A stretch of 64,000 nt of DNA from Rhodospirillaceae bacterium (GTDB lineage Bacteria > Pseudomonadota > Alphaproteobacteria > SP197): positions 2,336-66,335 of the forward strand of contig PBNE01000011.1 in assembly GCA_002722885.1 (NCBI GenBank). The letters run 5' to 3'. The notes beneath the pieces are model-generated. The model saw only the letters and a list, made by a program, of their open reading frames with translations, was not told where the DNA came from and made no database searches. The translations under genes and the position numbers were made by a program. Shown in pieces: positions 27,354 to 37,030 of this stretch (its first letter is position 1; every line of letters begins with the position of its first letter).

Positions 27354-29672
27354 ATGTCCTATCCCTTGCCCCGGAGCGCGCGCGACTGGCAGTCGCGCAT
27401 GCTGAAATTTGTAGACGAACACCTCATTCCCTGGGAGGTCGAAGCCGAGATGAACGACGGCGTCATCCCGCAGGATGCTTTCGATGCGATCTTTGCCGCG
27501 ACCAGGGAGATGGGCCTCTACTTCCCGTCGATCCCCAAAGACGGCGGCGGCGCGGAGCTTTCCAAGCTCGAGATCGCTGTGATTCAGGAGGCTGTCGGTC
27601 GCACGACCAACGGCATGTGGGGCTGCTATTCGGATCTCTCGCCCTTCCTCTATCACACGGCCAACGACCACCAGAAAGAACGGTATGTCGAGCCGATGCT
27701 GCGTGACGGCACGAGGGTCTGCTATGCCATCACCGAGCTCGGTGCAGGCAGCGATGTCGATGCCATCGAAGCAACCGCGGTGAAGGACGGCAATGGCTAC
27801 GTCCTCAACGGCGTGAAGCTCCATGTGACAGGCGCCAATCTCTCAGATTGGATCGTCTTCCAGGCCAAGCTGGAGGACGGCGGCCACGCACTGTTTTATG
27901 TCGACATGCAGGCCGAAGGCGTCAGCACGATCCGCACGCCGCGCTACACCCACAACTTCCGCGGCCACCATCCCCTCATGAAGTTCGAGGATGTCCGTGT
28001 CACCGCCGACGACATGATCGATGCCGACGGCGACGGCATCACCTGGACCTACGACTGGTTCCGCCAGGAGCGCATGAAGATCGCCGCGCGCTGTTGCGGG
28101 GCTGCCAGCCGTCTGATTGACGAGGCCACAGCCTTTACCCGTAAGCGGGTCCAGTTCGGCCAGCCGATCTGGGAGAACCAGGCCGTCCAGTTCCCGATCG
28201 CCGACAGTTTGACAGAACTCTGGGCCGGCCGGTTGATGACCTATGACACCGCAGCCGCCATGGACCGTCACGACGACGTGAAGGTCCTGCATGCCAAATG
28301 CGCGATGGCCAAGCTCTTCTGCTCGGAGTTTGCGCATCGCACGGCGGACAGGACCGTGCAGATTTTCGGCGGGCGCGGCTATATGCGCGAAAATGTCGCC
28401 GAGCGGTTCTATCGCGAGCTTCGCGTCGACCGGATCTGGGAAGGCACCAGCGAAATCCAGCGTGTGATTATCGCTCACAGCCTGCGCAAACGCGGCCAGG
28501 AGATGCTGACGGGCGTCGGTGAGCCGGAGTCAGCCCTTTCCTGGAAGAAGACGCTGCGCGCCTTCATTGATGCCGAGTGCATCCCGCTGGAACAGCTGGC
28601 TGACGAGAACGACGGTCAGCTTCCCGTCGAGATCAAGCACAAGCACCGCAATGCGGCAAAGGAGATGGGCCTGTGGTTACCCAATGTGCCGAAAGAATTC
28701 GGCGGTGGCGGCTTCAGTGCGGCGGAGATCACGGCCGTCGAGGAAGAGGTCGGCCGCGCCACCAACGGCGTCGGCTTCTTCTTCCATGACGTCTCGCCAT
28801 TTTTGGTGAGGACGGCGACGCCCTGGCAGATGGAGACTTATGTCCAGCCGATGCTGAATGGCGAGCGCAACGAGTGCTACGCCATCACCGAAGAGGGCGC
28901 GGGCAGTGATGTCAGTGCCATCGAGGCGACGGCGGTCCGTGACGGCAACGGTTATGTGCTCAACGGCGTTAAGTGGCATGTCACCGGCTTCAACAAGGCC
29001 GATGTCATCGTCTTCCAGGCCCAGATGGAGGATGGCCAGCACGGCCTGTTTTACGTCGACCGCGAGGCCAACGGCGTAGAGGTCGTGCGCACACCGGCTT
29101 ACAGCCATACCTATCCTTCGCACCATCCGATCGTGAGATTCGATCAGGTGAAGGTGACTGCCGACGCGCTGATTGATCCCGACGGCAGCGGCATTGCGCT
29201 CACCCATGAATGGTTCCGGCAGGAGCGGCTCGGGATCGCGGCCCGCTGCTGCGGTGCCGCCAGCCGCCTGATCGACGAGGCCTTGGCCTTCGCCGAGGAA
29301 CGGGTGCAGTTCGGCAAGCCAATCATCGAAAACCAGGCCATCGCCTTCATGCTGGCCGACAGTCTGACCGAACTCTGGGCCGGCCGGCTGATGATCTACC
29401 GCCTCGCACAGGCGATCGATGACGGCGATGACGTCAAGGTCCAGCACGCGCTCTGTTCGATGGCCAAGCTCTACTGTTCGGAGATGGCCAACCGGGTCGC
29501 GGACCGTGCCGTCCAGATCTTCGGAGGACGCGGCTACATGCGTGAATACGCGGCCGAACGGTTTTATCGCGAGCTCCGTGTTGACCGCATCTGGGAAGGC
29601 ACCAGCGAAATCCAGCGATTGATCATCGCCCAGAGCCTGGTGAAGCGTGGCCAGGACGCCCTGATCGGATGA
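27354..29672 (+). CDS. tandem-fused double acyl-CoA dehydrogenase
   Basis: 772 aa consisting of two complete ACAD units (about nt 27354-28520 and 28521-29672). Each ends in FGGRGYMRE...ERFYRELRVDRIWEGTSEIQR. Confidence 0.9.
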   Translation: MSYPLPRSARDWQSRMLKFVDEHLIPWEVEAEMNDGVIPQDAFDAIFAATREMGLYFPSIPKDGGGAELSKLEIAVIQEAVGRTTNGMWGCYSDLSPFLYHTANDHQKERYVEPMLRDGTRVCYAITELGAGSDVDAIEATAVKDGNGYVLNGVKLHVTGANLSDWIVFQAKLEDGGHALFYVDMQAEGVSTIRTPRYTHNFRGHHPLMKFEDVRVTADDMIDADGDGITWTYDWFRQERMKIAARCCGAASRLIDEATAFTRKRVQFGQPIWENQAVQFPIADSLTELWAGRLMTYDTAAAMDRHDDVKVLHAKCAMAKLFCSEFAHRTADRTVQIFGGRGYMRENVAERFYRELRVDRIWEGTSEIQRVIIAHSLRKRGQEMLTGVGEPESALSWKKTLRAFIDAECIPLEQLADENDGQLPVEIKHKHRNAAKEMGLWLPNVPKEFGGGGFSAAEITAVEEEVGRATNGVGFFFHDVSPFLVRTATPWQMETYVQPMLNGERNECYAITEEGAGSDVSAIEATAVRDGNGYVLNGVKWHVTGFNKADVIVFQAQMEDGQHGLFYVDREANGVEVVRTPAYSHTYPSHHPIVRFDQVKVTADALIDPDGSGIALTHEWFRQERLGIAARCCGAASRLIDEALAFAEERVQFGKPIIENQAIAFMLADSLTELWAGRLMIYRLAQAIDDGDDVKVQHALCSMAKLYCSEMANRVADRAVQIFGGRGYMREYAAERFYRELRVDRIWEGTSEIQRLIIAQSLVKRGQDALIG

Positions 29673-29676
29673 TGCC

Positions 29677-30456
29677 GTGAGTGACAGCCGCCGTGTCATG
29701 GCCCATCGCGGAGCCTCCGGCCATGCGCCGGAAAACACGCTTGCCGCCATGGCATCCGCGTGTGAGCTCGGCTGTACCTGGGTTGAGTTCGATGTCCGGT
29801 TGAGCCGCGATGATGTTCCGGTGCTGATTCACGACGCCACGCTGAAACGCACCGCGGGCGAGGATCTGCGGATCGAGGACGTCCATTCGGAGGATCTTGG
29901 CGGCATCGACGCCGGCTCTTGGTTTGATCCGTTCTGGCGTGACGAGCGCATTCCGACTCTGGCCCAGGCGCTCGATGCCTGCCTCGTCCTGGGACTCACA
30001 CCCAACATCGAGATCAAGGCCGACACCGGCCAGGGCATGGCGACGGCAGCGGCCGTGGCGCGCACCGTCAACGAGCGTTGGCCTGCCGACAGGCCGCGTC
30101 CCCTGGTCTCCAGCTTCAGCTTCCGCACGCTCTACCGCTTCCGCTTCGCCGGCGGCAGGGCCGCACTGGCTCTTCTGATGTGGCAGGAACCGCGCCGGTT
30201 CTGGACACTCCATAAGCATCTGCTGCGCGCTGAAGCCATCCATGTCGATCCCTCTCTCATGAATAAGCGCCTTGTGGCGCGGGCTCGTGCCCGCCGTTGC
30301 CGCGTGGCCGTTTATACGGTCAACGATCCGCAAGAGGGCCAGGCGCTTTACGAGGCCGGCGCCGACACCCTGATCACAAACTGGCCCGAACGCTTCCTGG
30401 CGACCGAGGGCTTCTCGGGGCAGCCGGTTGCGGAGAGTGCCGTCGTCGGGGGATGA
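29677..30456 (+). CDS. glycerophosphodiester phosphodiesterase family protein
   Basis: 259 aa. AHRGASGHAPENTLAA and VEFDVRLSRDDVPVLIHD motifs. Confidence 0.85.
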   Translation: MSDSRRVMAHRGASGHAPENTLAAMASACELGCTWVEFDVRLSRDDVPVLIHDATLKRTAGEDLRIEDVHSEDLGGIDAGSWFDPFWRDERIPTLAQALDACLVLGLTPNIEIKADTGQGMATAAAVARTVNERWPADRPRPLVSSFSFRTLYRFRFAGGRAALALLMWQEPRRFWTLHKHLLRAEAIHVDPSLMNKRLVARARARRCRVAVYTVNDPQEGQALYEAGADTLITNWPERFLATEGFSGQPVAESAVVGG

Positions 30457-30468
30457 TGCCCGCGATGT

Positions 30469-32103
30469 TTGACGCCGACCCTGTTGACCCCAGCACGAGA
30501 TTTCTCCTTGGCGGTTCCTGACCTCAAACCGCGGTCCGGTGCTGTTCTTGCCAGCAGCCGGTTACGCAAGATCGTTCTTGTGGCGTCGATTGTGGCTGTC
30601 GTCTGGGTCACTGCCGTGGTGAGCCTCGGGGGCTGGCGGGGCGATCATCTGAGCCAGAAACATACGGCGCAGGCTCACGCCAATGCGCTGACGATGGCGC
30701 AGGCCAACGGTCTGGTACTGGAGCGCCGGTTTGAAGCCCTGCGGACCGTGGCTTCGTTGCTGACCGAGCGGGATCGGATGGGGCGGGCGGCGTTTGCCTT
30801 CAATCTGCGCAGTCAGGCAACCGATCGCGAAGCCTGGGACGATCTGCTGCAGGATGGTGACCTGCAGGTCCTCAGCCAGCAACTTGGCCAGACTGCACAG
30901 GAACTGAGTGTAGACGGTATCTTCCTAGCAAATGAGACCGGCTACATCTTTGCCGCGAGCAACTGGGATCAGGGTCTCACCCATCTCACTGAGAGCTTCC
31001 AGGACGCCCAGCATTTTCGCGACGCGATGACGCATGGCAGCGGCGAGCAGTTCGGTGTTGATACGGTCAACGGCCAGCCGCGCTTCTTCTTCTCGGTCCG
31101 GCTCAATCGCGGCGCACAGGTTCAGGGCGTCGTCACCGTTTCAACATCGTCCGAGCGGCTGATGCCGCTGTTGCAGCGTGGACGTGAAGATGTGCTGTTG
31201 ACCGACGAGAACGGGATCGTCATTGCATCAAGCAACGACGATTGGATGTACCGCTCCATGGGTAAGGGGCTCACGGACTTGATGACTACTGTTCAGCTGG
31301 GCCTTCGATACGGGCGCTCTGAGTTTCTCGAGATGCCGGGGCCGATGATGGCGGACCACATACCCAGTATGGCCGAGACGGGGCTGGTCGGAGCGTCTGA
31401 TGACGCCGAGGGTTTCGAAAGTCACGTTTTCATGGACGTCGATGGTCTCAAAGTCATCAGACGCGACAACCTGATCATGATCATCGGTCTGGCCAGCTTT
31501 GGCGTGCTTCTGGTGCTGGTGGTAGGGCTCGCCCTCGCGCAGATTGCGGCCATTCGCGAGCGTGCCATCCGCGATCCGCTCACGGGCCTCTACAATCGCC
31601 GCTACATCGACGAGAGCCTTCCGGGTCTGATTGAGCTGGATGAGCGTGGCCGCCTGGTCGGACTGGCTCTGGTCACCTTCGACCTCGACAAGTTCAAGGG
31701 CATCAACGACACATGGGGTCATGACATCGGCGACAAGGTTCTGCGGCACTTCGCGACCATTCTTGTCGATTGTTCACGGCGCACAGATCTGCCCTGCCGC
31801 GTGGGCGGCGAGGAGTTTGTCACCTTCCTGATCGAAGAAGATCTCGATCGTGTCGAAATCTATGCCGAGCGTGTCCGCCAGCGCACCGAAGCCATCGACA
31901 GCCTGGCACCCGTCCCGGCCGGTCGCATTACAACCAGCGCAGGACTCGTGATGCGCAGGCAGGGTGAGGGCATCGATGAGATGGTCAAGCGCGCCGATGT
32001 CCTGCTTTACCGGGCCAAAGAGAACGGCCGAAATCGGCTGGAGCGGGATGATCGTGAAGAAACCTCGGTGCCGGACAAACCATCAACGGCGCCGGCAACC
32101 TGA
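30469..32103 (+). CDS. diguanylate cyclase with an N-terminal membrane-flanked periplasmic sensor domain
   Basis: 544 aa. Two TM segments bracket an approx 300-aa extracytoplasmic region. RDPLTGLYNRRY and GGEEF active-site motifs. The start (TTG 30469) is uncertain. Confidence 0.85.
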   Translation: MTPTLLTPARDFSLAVPDLKPRSGAVLASSRLRKIVLVASIVAVVWVTAVVSLGGWRGDHLSQKHTAQAHANALTMAQANGLVLERRFEALRTVASLLTERDRMGRAAFAFNLRSQATDREAWDDLLQDGDLQVLSQQLGQTAQELSVDGIFLANETGYIFAASNWDQGLTHLTESFQDAQHFRDAMTHGSGEQFGVDTVNGQPRFFFSVRLNRGAQVQGVVTVSTSSERLMPLLQRGREDVLLTDENGIVIASSNDDWMYRSMGKGLTDLMTTVQLGLRYGRSEFLEMPGPMMADHIPSMAETGLVGASDDAEGFESHVFMDVDGLKVIRRDNLIMIIGLASFGVLLVLVVGLALAQIAAIRERAIRDPLTGLYNRRYIDESLPGLIELDERGRLVGLALVTFDLDKFKGINDTWGHDIGDKVLRHFATILVDCSRRTDLPCRVGGEEFVTFLIEEDLDRVEIYAERVRQRTEAIDSLAPVPAGRITTSAGLVMRRQGEGIDEMVKRADVLLYRAKENGRNRLERDDREETSVPDKPSTAPAT

Positions 32104-32107
32104 CGGA

Positions 32108-32260
32108 TCAGCGGTTGGCGCGCAGGCGCTTCAGCAGACCCGGAGTCTTCTTGGCGGTGCTGACGGTCTGGCGGCGTTCGAAATCGCCGGCCTTGTCGTG
32201 GGGCATGATCGAGGTCATGGCCTGAATCATTCCGAAAAGCGGGGTGGTCTGGTTCTGCAT
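32108..32260 (-). CDS. hypothetical small protein (50 aa)
   Basis: Not in the ORF track because it is under 60 aa. ATG at 32260 preceded by GGAGAG at 7 nt. MQNQTTPLFGMIQAMTSIMPHDKAGDFERRQTVSTAKKTPGLLKRLRANR*. Confidence 0.4.
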   Translation of the reverse strand: MQNQTTPLFGMIQAMTSIMPHDKAGDFERRQTVSTAKKTPGLLKRLRANR

Positions 32261-32362
32261 CGGAACTCTCCGTCAGCAAGGGGTACCCATCCGACTTGGG
32301 ATGCCGGTACGGACCTCACAACCGATGTTCCGCCATCACAGCCATGCAAAAACTGCATGGCA

Positions 32363-33394
32363 TCATGCCGCCTTTGCCGCGGCTACCAGATTGGCCAGCT
32401 TCGCGCGTGTCAGATCTTCGCCCAGCATAATCAGGCCGCAGTCGGGGGCTGCAATCAGGCGGTCGCGGTCGATATGTTCCAGTGCAGCGCGAATCCGCAC
32501 CACGATCTCGTCCACAGTTTCCACCCGGCTCGAAGCAATTTCGACGGCGCCGAAGACCACAGTCGATTGTGCGAAGAGGTCGAGCAGGGAAAGGTCGTTG
32601 TGTTGATGGGCGTCCTCAATCGACACTGCATCGATTATGCTGTCATCCACCGCCTTGGCTAGACGCAGATAAACGTCCGGATCGGCCTTCACGTAATCCG
32701 TCTCATCTAGTTTGTCGGGGTAACCGCAGCACATGTGCATCGTACGGGTGACACTCGCGGACACGCCGTGAAAGCAGCGCTCCAGATTTTCGACACCGAA
32801 AGCCAGGGCTTGATCGGGAAGGCGGGCAAAAAGCGGCTCGTCGACCTGAATGTGGTGGCACCCGGCATCGGCCAGCCGCCGGATCTCGACATTCAGCGCG
32901 TCGGCCATATCGGCGCACCAGCTTGCACGGTCGGCGTAAAACATGTTGGCGGTGGAATCAGAGATCGTCAGTGGGCCCGGCACCGTGATCTTCACCTGTT
33001 TGTCCGTTGCGGCCTGCGCCACCGTCCAGTCACGGACCAGAAACGGTTCCCGCGCGGCGATCTTGCCGGTGAAGGTCGGCACACGGTCGACCCAGGCGCC
33101 GTTGCGCATCGTACACTCGGTCAGGGTGTTCAGTTCGAACCCGTCGACGTGGCTGCAGTGGTAATGCACATAGTTGGGTCGCCGGATCTCTCCATCGGTC
33201 GGAATGTCGATCCCGATCTCGGCTTGCTCGGCGACCACCTCTTGAGTGGCCCGGTCAAACAGCTCGGTGCGTTCCGTTTCGTTCAGGCCGTCAGCCGCAG
33301 CCTCGCCGGTCTGTGCCACGTCGTGGAACCAGGCCATGCGAGGTACATAGTAGGGTTTCGGATAGGCGCCGATGCAGGTTGTGAGAATGGTCAT
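32363..33394 (-). CDS. cobalamin-independent methionine synthase (MetE C-terminal domain-like) family protein
   Basis: 343 aa. N-terminus TTCIGAYPKP. HIQVDEP and HMCCGYP zinc-ligand motifs. Confidence 0.85.
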   Translation of the reverse strand: MTILTTCIGAYPKPYYVPRMAWFHDVAQTGEAAADGLNETERTELFDRATQEVVAEQAEIGIDIPTDGEIRRPNYVHYHCSHVDGFELNTLTECTMRNGAWVDRVPTFTGKIAAREPFLVRDWTVAQAATDKQVKITVPGPLTISDSTANMFYADRASWCADMADALNVEIRRLADAGCHHIQVDEPLFARLPDQALAFGVENLERCFHGVSASVTRTMHMCCGYPDKLDETDYVKADPDVYLRLAKAVDDSIIDAVSIEDAHQHNDLSLLDLFAQSTVVFGAVEIASSRVETVDEIVVRIRAALEHIDRDRLIAAPDCGLIMLGEDLTRAKLANLVAAAKAA

Positions 33395-33534
33395 GCGGTT
33401 TCCTTTGCCAATCCCCGATCTTGGCCGTCACCGGGGCAGAATCGCAAGATGTTCAGGCTGCCAGGGGCAATGTGTTGATCGACTGAATGTTGGTCGTGAA
33501 GGTGCGGTAACTCTCTGGGTCGAACTGGTAGCTG

Positions 33535-34120
33535 TTATGGTCCATCAGGGTAAACGTCTCGTCGGAACCCGATCCCCCGGCATAGGGACGGTGGAAGAAA
33601 ACCGCATGGAAAAAACAACGATCCTGACCAGTCGCGCGATCGCCGGAATGTCAGTGCCGCTCGCACGATCGGGGTAGCCTGAACCGTCGAAGTTCTCGTG
33701 ATGGCTGTGAATGATCTGCCAGGTCAAGTCACGCCGTTCGCTGGGAAGGCTTTCAAGACATTCGCCGCCGTTGTCGACATGCTTTCTCACCGCCACCAGT
33801 TCCTGCGCTGTCAGGGGCGCGGGCTTGTCGGTGATGGAGATCGGCACCGCCAGCTTTCCGATATCGTGCAGGCAGACACAGAATCATGCTCGTGCGGCAT
33901 CGGATGTCGCATGATCCACTTTTTCTGAAAGGCCCTTTACCAACAGGCCAACCCTAAGGGAGTGCAATGCGCTCCATTCCGAATAAAGCCTGAAACTGCC
34001 ATGCAGAGCCTTCAGCGATGATTGTTCCGCTTCTGATACTCCGGCCTGATCCCCAAGATGATTGATCAACTCAAAGCCGGTCTTTAGGCTCAGAAATCCC
34101 CTCTGACCTGACGACATCAT
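33535..34120 (-). pseudogene. HD-GYP domain phosphodiesterase with an in-frame TGA and a frameshift
   Basis: ...AARA*FCVCLHDIGKLAVPISITDKPAPLTAQE...HSHHENFDGSGYPD with TGA at 33884-33886 in frame. A frame change at the A6/T6 run 33610-33615 is needed to recover ...FFHAVFFHRPYAGG. Confidence 0.7.
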
Positions 34121-34284
34121 CAGTCACCTCGCGCTCGCTCATACAAACTCTAGTTGTGGATCGGACGTTTCTGATGTGAAGTGTGTCGCGCCGCCTGATC
34201 ACATTTCGATGTTCTCATTGCTTGGGCTATCGACACGATCCGCGATAGGCTCGGTGGCACCAACCAAACGGACAGGAGTGGGGC

Positions 34285-35613
34285 GTGCCCGAAACATTTG
34301 ATGTTGTGATCAGGGGCGGTGTTGTCATGACGCCGTCAGGGCCGGCCGATACCGAAGTCGGCATTCGTGACGGCAAGACGGTCGCGCTCGGTGATCTTGG
34401 CGCGTCATCGGCCGGTGAGGTGATTGATGCCACAGGGCTGACGGTCCTGCCCGGTATCATCGATACCCAGGTCCATTTCCGCGAGCCTGGCAACGAACAC
34501 AAGGAAGATCTCGCCCACGGCTCCCGCGCTGCGGTGGCCGGTGGTGTCACCGCCGTGTTCGAGATGCCCAACACCAAACCGGCCACGGTCAATGTCGATG
34601 CCCTGAACGACAAGCTGGAGCGGGCCAGGGGCATGTGGTGCGACCATGCCTTTTTTGTCGGGGCGGGGCGCGACAATCACGCTGAGCTGGCCGAACTTGA
34701 ACAGCTTCCCGGTTGCTGCGGGATAAAGGTGTTTATGGGAAGCTCCACGGGCGGCCTTCTGGTCGATGAAGACGATGCGATCGCGTCGGTCCTGGCCTCC
34801 GGCCGCCGCCGTGTCGCTATCCACGCCGAAGACGAACCTCGCCTGATCGAACGCAAGCATCTGGCTGAAGCGGAAGGGCATGCTCGCGCCCATCCGGTCT
34901 GGCGTGATGAAGGCACGGCGCTCAAGGCGACACAACGCATCATTACGCTGGCGCGTGCGGCGAACCGTCCTGTCCATGTTCTTCACATCACCACCGCTGA
35001 GGAGATCGAGTTCCTCGGCACTGTCAAGGACGTCGCCACGGTCGAGTGCCTGCCGCAACATCTCACACTGACTTCGCCCGATTGCTACGAGAGGCTCGGC
35101 AGCTACGCCCAGATGAATCCGCCGATCCGCGACGCCCGACATCAGGCGGGTCTGTGGGCCGGCATCACACAGGGCATCGTCGACGTGCTGGGATCCGACC
35201 ACGCACCGCATACCCGGGAGGAGAAGGAACAGACCTATCCCGCCAGCCCCAGCGGTATGCCCGGTGTGCAGACCATCCTGCCGCTCATGCTCAACCATGT
35301 TGCCGAGGGACGTCTCACCTTGCAGCGTGTTCTCGACCTTCTTTGTTACGGTCCGCAGCGTATCTACAACATACGTGGGAAAGGCCGTATCGCGGTCGGT
35401 TACGACGCGGATTTCACGCTGGTCGACATGAAGACAAAACACACGATCACCAACGATGAGCAGGAAACCAAGTCGGGCTGGACGCCGTTCGACGGCATGG
35501 AAGTCACCGGCTGGCCCGTGGCGACCATCATCCGAGGGCGCGCTGCGATGCGGGACGGAGAGCTGGCCGCGCAGCCGGCCGGTGAACCAGTGCGGTTTTG
35601 GGATACCGCCTGA
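34285..35613 (+). CDS. pyrC: dihydroorotase (amidohydrolase, long type)
   Basis: 442 aa. GIIDTQVHFREPG, EMPNTKP, the expected His/Asp ligand spacing, and GSDHAPH. Confidence 0.85.
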   Translation: MPETFDVVIRGGVVMTPSGPADTEVGIRDGKTVALGDLGASSAGEVIDATGLTVLPGIIDTQVHFREPGNEHKEDLAHGSRAAVAGGVTAVFEMPNTKPATVNVDALNDKLERARGMWCDHAFFVGAGRDNHAELAELEQLPGCCGIKVFMGSSTGGLLVDEDDAIASVLASGRRRVAIHAEDEPRLIERKHLAEAEGHARAHPVWRDEGTALKATQRIITLARAANRPVHVLHITTAEEIEFLGTVKDVATVECLPQHLTLTSPDCYERLGSYAQMNPPIRDARHQAGLWAGITQGIVDVLGSDHAPHTREEKEQTYPASPSGMPGVQTILPLMLNHVAEGRLTLQRVLDLLCYGPQRIYNIRGKGRIAVGYDADFTLVDMKTKHTITNDEQETKSGWTPFDGMEVTGWPVATIIRGRAAMRDGELAAQPAGEPVRFWDTA

Positions 35614-36300
35614 TGCAGTCAATGCTGAAGAGAGCCTGTTCCCTTGGCGTGCCGTCGCTTATGGCGATCACCTGCTGGCTGCCTGCGCCACCGGTGGAAA
35701 ATCGTCTGCGACCTCGGCCGGCGGAACGACCAGCGCTTCGTCATCTCGATCCGCCGCGATTGTCGCCATGGACAAGTTTGAAGGCTCATCTCAACTTCTC
35801 ACCGGTGAGGCCCGGGGCGGCGACAATGGCGTGATCGTCGTTGGTCTCTCGAGTGAACCTCAGATTGTTGAGGCTTTTTTCGACAGCTGGGATGGCTCCG
35901 ATGAATATGACCACGATGCGTTCGTGAATGAGTTGATGCAACGCGATCTGATGCTGCTTGATCTTCAGGCCTGTTTCATCGGCATTGTTCCAGGCGTTCC
36001 TATGCACGATTGGAGGCAGTCATCCTGGATAAACTGCGCGGCGAAATCGTCTATGTCGTGCTGATGTCGTGTCTTGAGGGCGAGGAAGAGCTGCCCGTCA
36101 TGATGGTCCAGGATTGAGACGGTTCGGTCGTCGGACTGGCTGCCAGCGATGTAACGGGCACCGTGTTCGGTGTCATGATCAACGGCACACGTCAGGCCTT
36201 CACGGAATGGTCGCTCAAACTGTTCAGTGAATCGCCGTTGGCCAATGATGGCGGCAGTTCCGGTCTGAAGGCCGACGAACCGGACGTCTGATCCCGCGGC

Positions 36301-36957
36301 TCAGTGCGCCTGGCCGGGGATCAGCGTGTCCTTGAGTGATGTGTAGTCGGTCATCACAACATCACGATAAGCCGGTCGCTCTGTCAGGCGCCGATAGGTT
36401 GCCTCGAGATTCGGCAGGGCCGGGCGGTCGATGTCGATGGTGAAGTAGCGGTAAAGCGTCAGGCCGATCGGTATGTCGCCCATAGTCAGTTGGTCGCCGG
36501 CGATGTAGGCCTTACCCTCCAGGGCCTTGTCGACAAGACCGTAGACCCGGCCGAGCTCGGCTATGTCGAGCGCGATCTGTTCCTTGTCGTGGTATTTTTC
36601 CGGCGTTCGGTAAAAGCCAAACCAGACCTTGACCAGCGGACCGGTCAGTGTCGTTTGCATCCAGTCCATCCACATGTCAGCACAGGCACGTTCGCCCGGA
36701 TCACTAGGCCACAGCCCGCCGTCGTCGTGTTTTTGGGTGAGATAACGAATGATCGCGTTGGACTCCCAGACCACGATGTCGCCGTCGATGATTGTGGGAA
36801 TCACACCATTGGGGTTGAGCGCCCGGTAACCTTCGGCGTCGAGGCCGCCGTGTGGTCCGCCCAGATCCTTGCGGTCGTACTCCAGGCCCAGCTCGTGAAC
36901 AGTCCACATCACCTTTTGCACATTGGCAGAGTTGGCACGGCCCAGAATCGTCAGCAT
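36301..36957 (-). CDS. glutathione S-transferase
   Basis: Start chosen at the ATG at 36957, preceded by AGGGAG. SANVQKVMW...NPNGVIPTI...WESNAIIRYL thioredoxin-fold motifs. 218 aa. Confidence 0.88.
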   Translation of the reverse strand: MLTILGRANSANVQKVMWTVHELGLEYDRKDLGGPHGGLDAEGYRALNPNGVIPTIIDGDIVVWESNAIIRYLTQKHDDGGLWPSDPGERACADMWMDWMQTTLTGPLVKVWFGFYRTPEKYHDKEQIALDIAELGRVYGLVDKALEGKAYIAGDQLTMGDIPIGLTLYRYFTIDIDRPALPNLEATYRRLTERPAYRDVVMTDYTSLKDTLIPGQAH

Positions 36958-37030
36958 GGATTGCTCCCTTTTGAAGTCCGCCGCACCATGGCGTATGCCG
37001 GCAGCTGAATCCAGACAAGGACGCGCCACG

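Noticed and set aside
33395-33534. Riboswitch (cobalamin or SAM-II) in the leader of the MetE-like gene.
   Set aside because: I found no B12-box-like or SAM-II pseudoknot consensus. There is only a 5-bp hairpin (CCCCG...CGGGG) and a normal AAAGGAAA ribosome-binding site.
33610-33615. Programmed frameshift at the A6/T6 run in the HD-GYP gene.
   Set aside because: The same gene also carries an upstream in-frame TGA, so it is more simply a pseudogene. The homopolymer could also be a sequencing error. There is no slippery heptamer plus downstream structure.
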